Shown here one piece after another: positions 61,800 to 64,000 of a stretch of 64,000 nucleotides of DNA. Every line of letters starts with the position of its first letter. Position 1 is the first letter of the stretch. Below the pieces are notes generated by a model. The model was not told where the DNA came from. It saw nothing but the letters and a program-made list of their open reading frames with translations, and ran no database searches. This stretch comes from Terriglobia bacterium (GTDB taxonomy: Bacteria; Acidobacteriota; Terriglobia; 20CM-2-55-15): NCBI GenBank assembly GCA_963664115.2, contig CAXWPJ010000009.1:864001-928000 (forward strand), written 5' to 3'. The position numbers and the translations under genes were made by a program.

Positions 61800-62016
61800 A
61801 CAGGGCTTGCTGAAATTCATCGCTAAGAAGGGTGACTCGATCCCCATGCGGGATCTCCACACACATAGCCTCGTCTTTTATCAAGCTGGGCATCAGGCGT
61901 TCTCGCAACTCATGGAAGGTCTTGTTGCGGACGAACTCGTCACCGTTGACGATGACGATGGAATGTTTCAGCTCACAGACAAGGGACGGGCCTCCCTCGA
62001 AAGCCAAGTCTCCTAG
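61774..62016 (+). CDS. Small winged-helix-like hypothetical protein
   Basis: LVADELV....FQLTDKGR wing pattern. Confidence 0.6.
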   Translation: MGTDIQAARQGLLKFIAKKGDSIPMRDLHTHSLVFYQAGHQAFSQLMEGLVADELVTVDDDDGMFQLTDKGRASLESQVS

Positions 62017-62051
62017 CCAGATTCCACTCTTTGGGCAAACAAGATGTGAGC

Positions 62052-62175
62052 CCCCCCAAAATCAACATCGTCCTGAACTGGTTTGAAGAGCTGAAGGAAC
62101 GGGTGTCGGTGCCCTGATTCTTGAGTACAAGTCCTGTTATATCCGGTTGCCGGCCAGTGAGATTTCGTATACATC
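62052..62175 (+). repeat. Kinase-end junction J6
   Basis: INIVLNWFEELKERVSVP* (stop 62117), degenerate caagtcctg...gtgaga. Confidence 0.85.
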
Positions 62176-62377
62176 CAGCCCCTCCGGGTTGTGGACTGCC
62201 TTCAGCTATCTACCTGGGCTTGTATCTGCCGCCGTTGAGCCCCCACAGGATCGGCCGACGAAAGGACCGAATCTCAATGCTCGTCTCTATGGCCAGACGG
62301 CCCTAATGCGCCGGCACGATCATACGACGTTACCCTGACTTCGCTAACTTCCCCGTCTTGGACCGGGCGATCGCAGC

Positions 62378-63007
62378 CTAATCGACGGCAAAACAATAGA
62401 CCAAGCCATCGCCACCCGAAGCCCGCAACTGTTCCTGGCTGCAACCTTGGCTGTCATGGGCGGAGTTCCAGGCTGCGCGGTCATGATGACCGACCCTGGC
62501 TTTTCCGTCACTGCTGCTCGTCCAGTTGTTGCAGGTCATGTCCTCGCCAGCCGGGAAGGCCGTACCGTCTAGCTGCGAGCCCGTCAGGATATCGTGCCGG
62601 TTGGGCGCATATGCACTACCGGGTATCAATCGGCCTCTTTCGTCAAGGGCGGTCGTGAAACTGATTCGATGCTCCACGCCGTGAATCTCCGCGACGCTCC
62701 GACCGATACGGCCCCCCTGAGCGTTATGCCATGGGCCTGTGCCGATGCGGTCGCGAGCGTTGACGGCATTCGGGCCTTGCGTGCTGAGGTAGGCACGCCA
62801 CGTACGGCCGCCCGCACCCACTTCAGCGGCTAGGCTCTGACAGAGCGCGTCAGCCCCGTCCAAACCACCCAGGTCGGCTCCTTCGCCAGAGCCTGCACTT
62901 GCGATAAAAAAGGTCATCGGTTCAGGTTGCTGCCCTTGGGCCAGGGCTGCCCCTGAAACCAGCAAACTGAGGCAAATGACACCGAAAATAGACGCGACTC
63001 TACTCAT
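62378..63007 (-). CDS. Secreted endostatin/lectin-like protein
   Basis: Signal peptide; DLGGLDGADALCQ.LA, WRAYLS, HDILTGS, C.NWTS, YCFA. Confidence 0.75.
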   Translation of the reverse strand: MSRVASIFGVICLSLLVSGAALAQGQQPEPMTFFIASAGSGEGADLGGLDGADALCQSLAAEVGAGGRTWRAYLSTQGPNAVNARDRIGTGPWHNAQGGRIGRSVAEIHGVEHRISFTTALDERGRLIPGSAYAPNRHDILTGSQLDGTAFPAGEDMTCNNWTSSSDGKARVGHHDRAAWNSAHDSQGCSQEQLRASGGDGLVYCFAVD

Positions 63008-63244
63008 GTCGGTTCTCCTTATTGTGAAACTGCGAGTGATCCAATGTTATCAAGCTGACGGTAAGTTCTTGATGTAAGCATGGTCGCAGTTTAGGTGTCA
63101 ACGCAAAGCAGATGGCCGCCCGATACAGAAGGAGAATGATGGCCCGAAGCGGTGTTTCGTCAAAAAAAATGTTCCGCTATGAATAGCACCCGCGAGTGTG
63201 AAGGTGGAAGAAGGCACTATTCTCTGTGCCGTTCCGACACCGGA

Positions 63245-63434
63245 AGGCATCCCTATGAAGCTTCGGACGATGGTCAGCGATTCTTGTTCTCGATTCCGGC
63301 GCAATCCGGAAGCGAAACTATCAACGTCGGCCTGAACTGGTTTCAAGAGCTGCGCGAGCGCGTGCCGGTTCCGTAGCAGACCGTGAAAATGATTCTCAAG
63401 TCCTGAGAAATCATCTTCTCGGACATTGAGAATT
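63245..63434 (+). repeat. Kinase-end junction J7
   Basis: YEASDDGQRFL...INVGLNWFQELRERVPVP* (stop 63376), left palindrome arm 63393-63432. Confidence 0.9.
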
Positions 63435-63489
63435 GGACGTTTGTTTGAAAGTGAGGTGTTGAGTTGTAGGTGATTGTGGGTAACCAGAC

Positions 63490-64000
63490 ATGAGCCTTAC
63501 GATGTTGCCAGCTTCCTGGGAGACGACCCGCCTGACGATCAGTGATGGCAATCTGGAAGAAGCCAAAATCCTGCGTCAAATCTTTAATGCCTGCTCATAC
63601 GTCGAACCGTGGGATGAGACCTTTGCACCGACGGACATCCAGTCCAGCGAAGAACTTATTCGAAAAAGCTTGAGGGGTGAGAATGCGTTCAGATTGCAGA
63701 CGATTCGCAACCGCCCCGGCGAAGTCATTGGATATTTTCACCTTCGACATGGGTTTCCGAAACCAGAAGTCGTTTGGGTGTCCATGGCGGTGATTCACCC
63801 GGATCACCAGCGAAACGGTATCGGCACCGAGGTGTTCGAAGGTGTCATCAGGGAACTCCGTAGATATTTTCACCTTCGACATGGGTTTCCGAAACCAGAA
63901 GTCGTTTGGGTGTCCATGGCGGTGATTCACCCGGATCACCAGCGAAACGGTATCGGCACCGAGGTGTTCGAAGGTGTCATCAGGGAACTCCGTAGCCTTG
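63490..64000 (+). CDS. GNAT acetyltransferase (runs off window) with a 132-bp in-frame tandem duplication
   Basis: MSLTMLPASWETTRLTI...IHPDHQRNGIGT motif A, present twice; missing from the ORF track because no stop falls inside the window. Confidence 0.75.
   Translation, partial: MSLTMLPASWETTRLTISDGNLEEAKILRQIFNACSYVEPWDETFAPTDIQSSEELIRKSLRGENAFRLQTIRNRPGEVIGYFHLRHGFPKPEVVWVSMAVIHPDHQRNGIGTEVFEGVIRELRRYFHLRHGFPKPEVVWVSMAVIHPDHQRNGIGTEVFEGVIRELRSL

Noticed and set aside
43443-63434. Junction repeats as CRISPR or DGR template/variable repeats
   Set aside because: Spacing is kilobases and irregular, there is no cas or reverse transcriptase gene, and differences are not adenine-specific.

Overview
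Bacterial chromosome window, most likely Acidobacteriota. This is inferred from PadR plus membrane protein, DUF6152, an Oar-like TonB receptor and Ser/Thr kinase-TolB propeller gene remnants. 1-10.4 kb is core: xerC (partial), rplU-rpmA, obgE-nadD-rsfS-rlmH, ComF, lpxC, polA and a serine hydrolase. From tRNA-Val(GAC) at 10424 to about 31.6 kb is an accessory island with no visible integrase. It holds a stack of toxin-antitoxin cassettes separated by duplicated gene ends. Five toxins (four in this stack, one beside polA) are each broken by a different lesion while their antitoxins are intact. The island also has a PadR/sigma54 locus, an orphan holin/endolysin-like pair and an IS-shattered phosphorothioation-type defence locus. 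31.7-36.5 kb is an ABC exporter/AttH-like/NUDIX operon. 36.6-43.4 kb is a CTAG-flanked MITE and an inverted IS1380 pair enclosing a cytidylyltransferase, a methyltransferase and a CDP-alcohol phosphatidyltransferase. The strongest candidate for an undescribed system is 43.4-64 kb. There, seven copies of a composite junction separate unrelated cargo genes like a cassette array. The full junction is the last ~18 codons of a kinase-TolB gene, a multi-dyad palindrome, a conserved promoter-like tract and the first ~17 codons of a kinase gene; several copies are partial. No CRISPR, rRNA or reverse transcriptase was seen. Family names come from motif recognition, not database searches.
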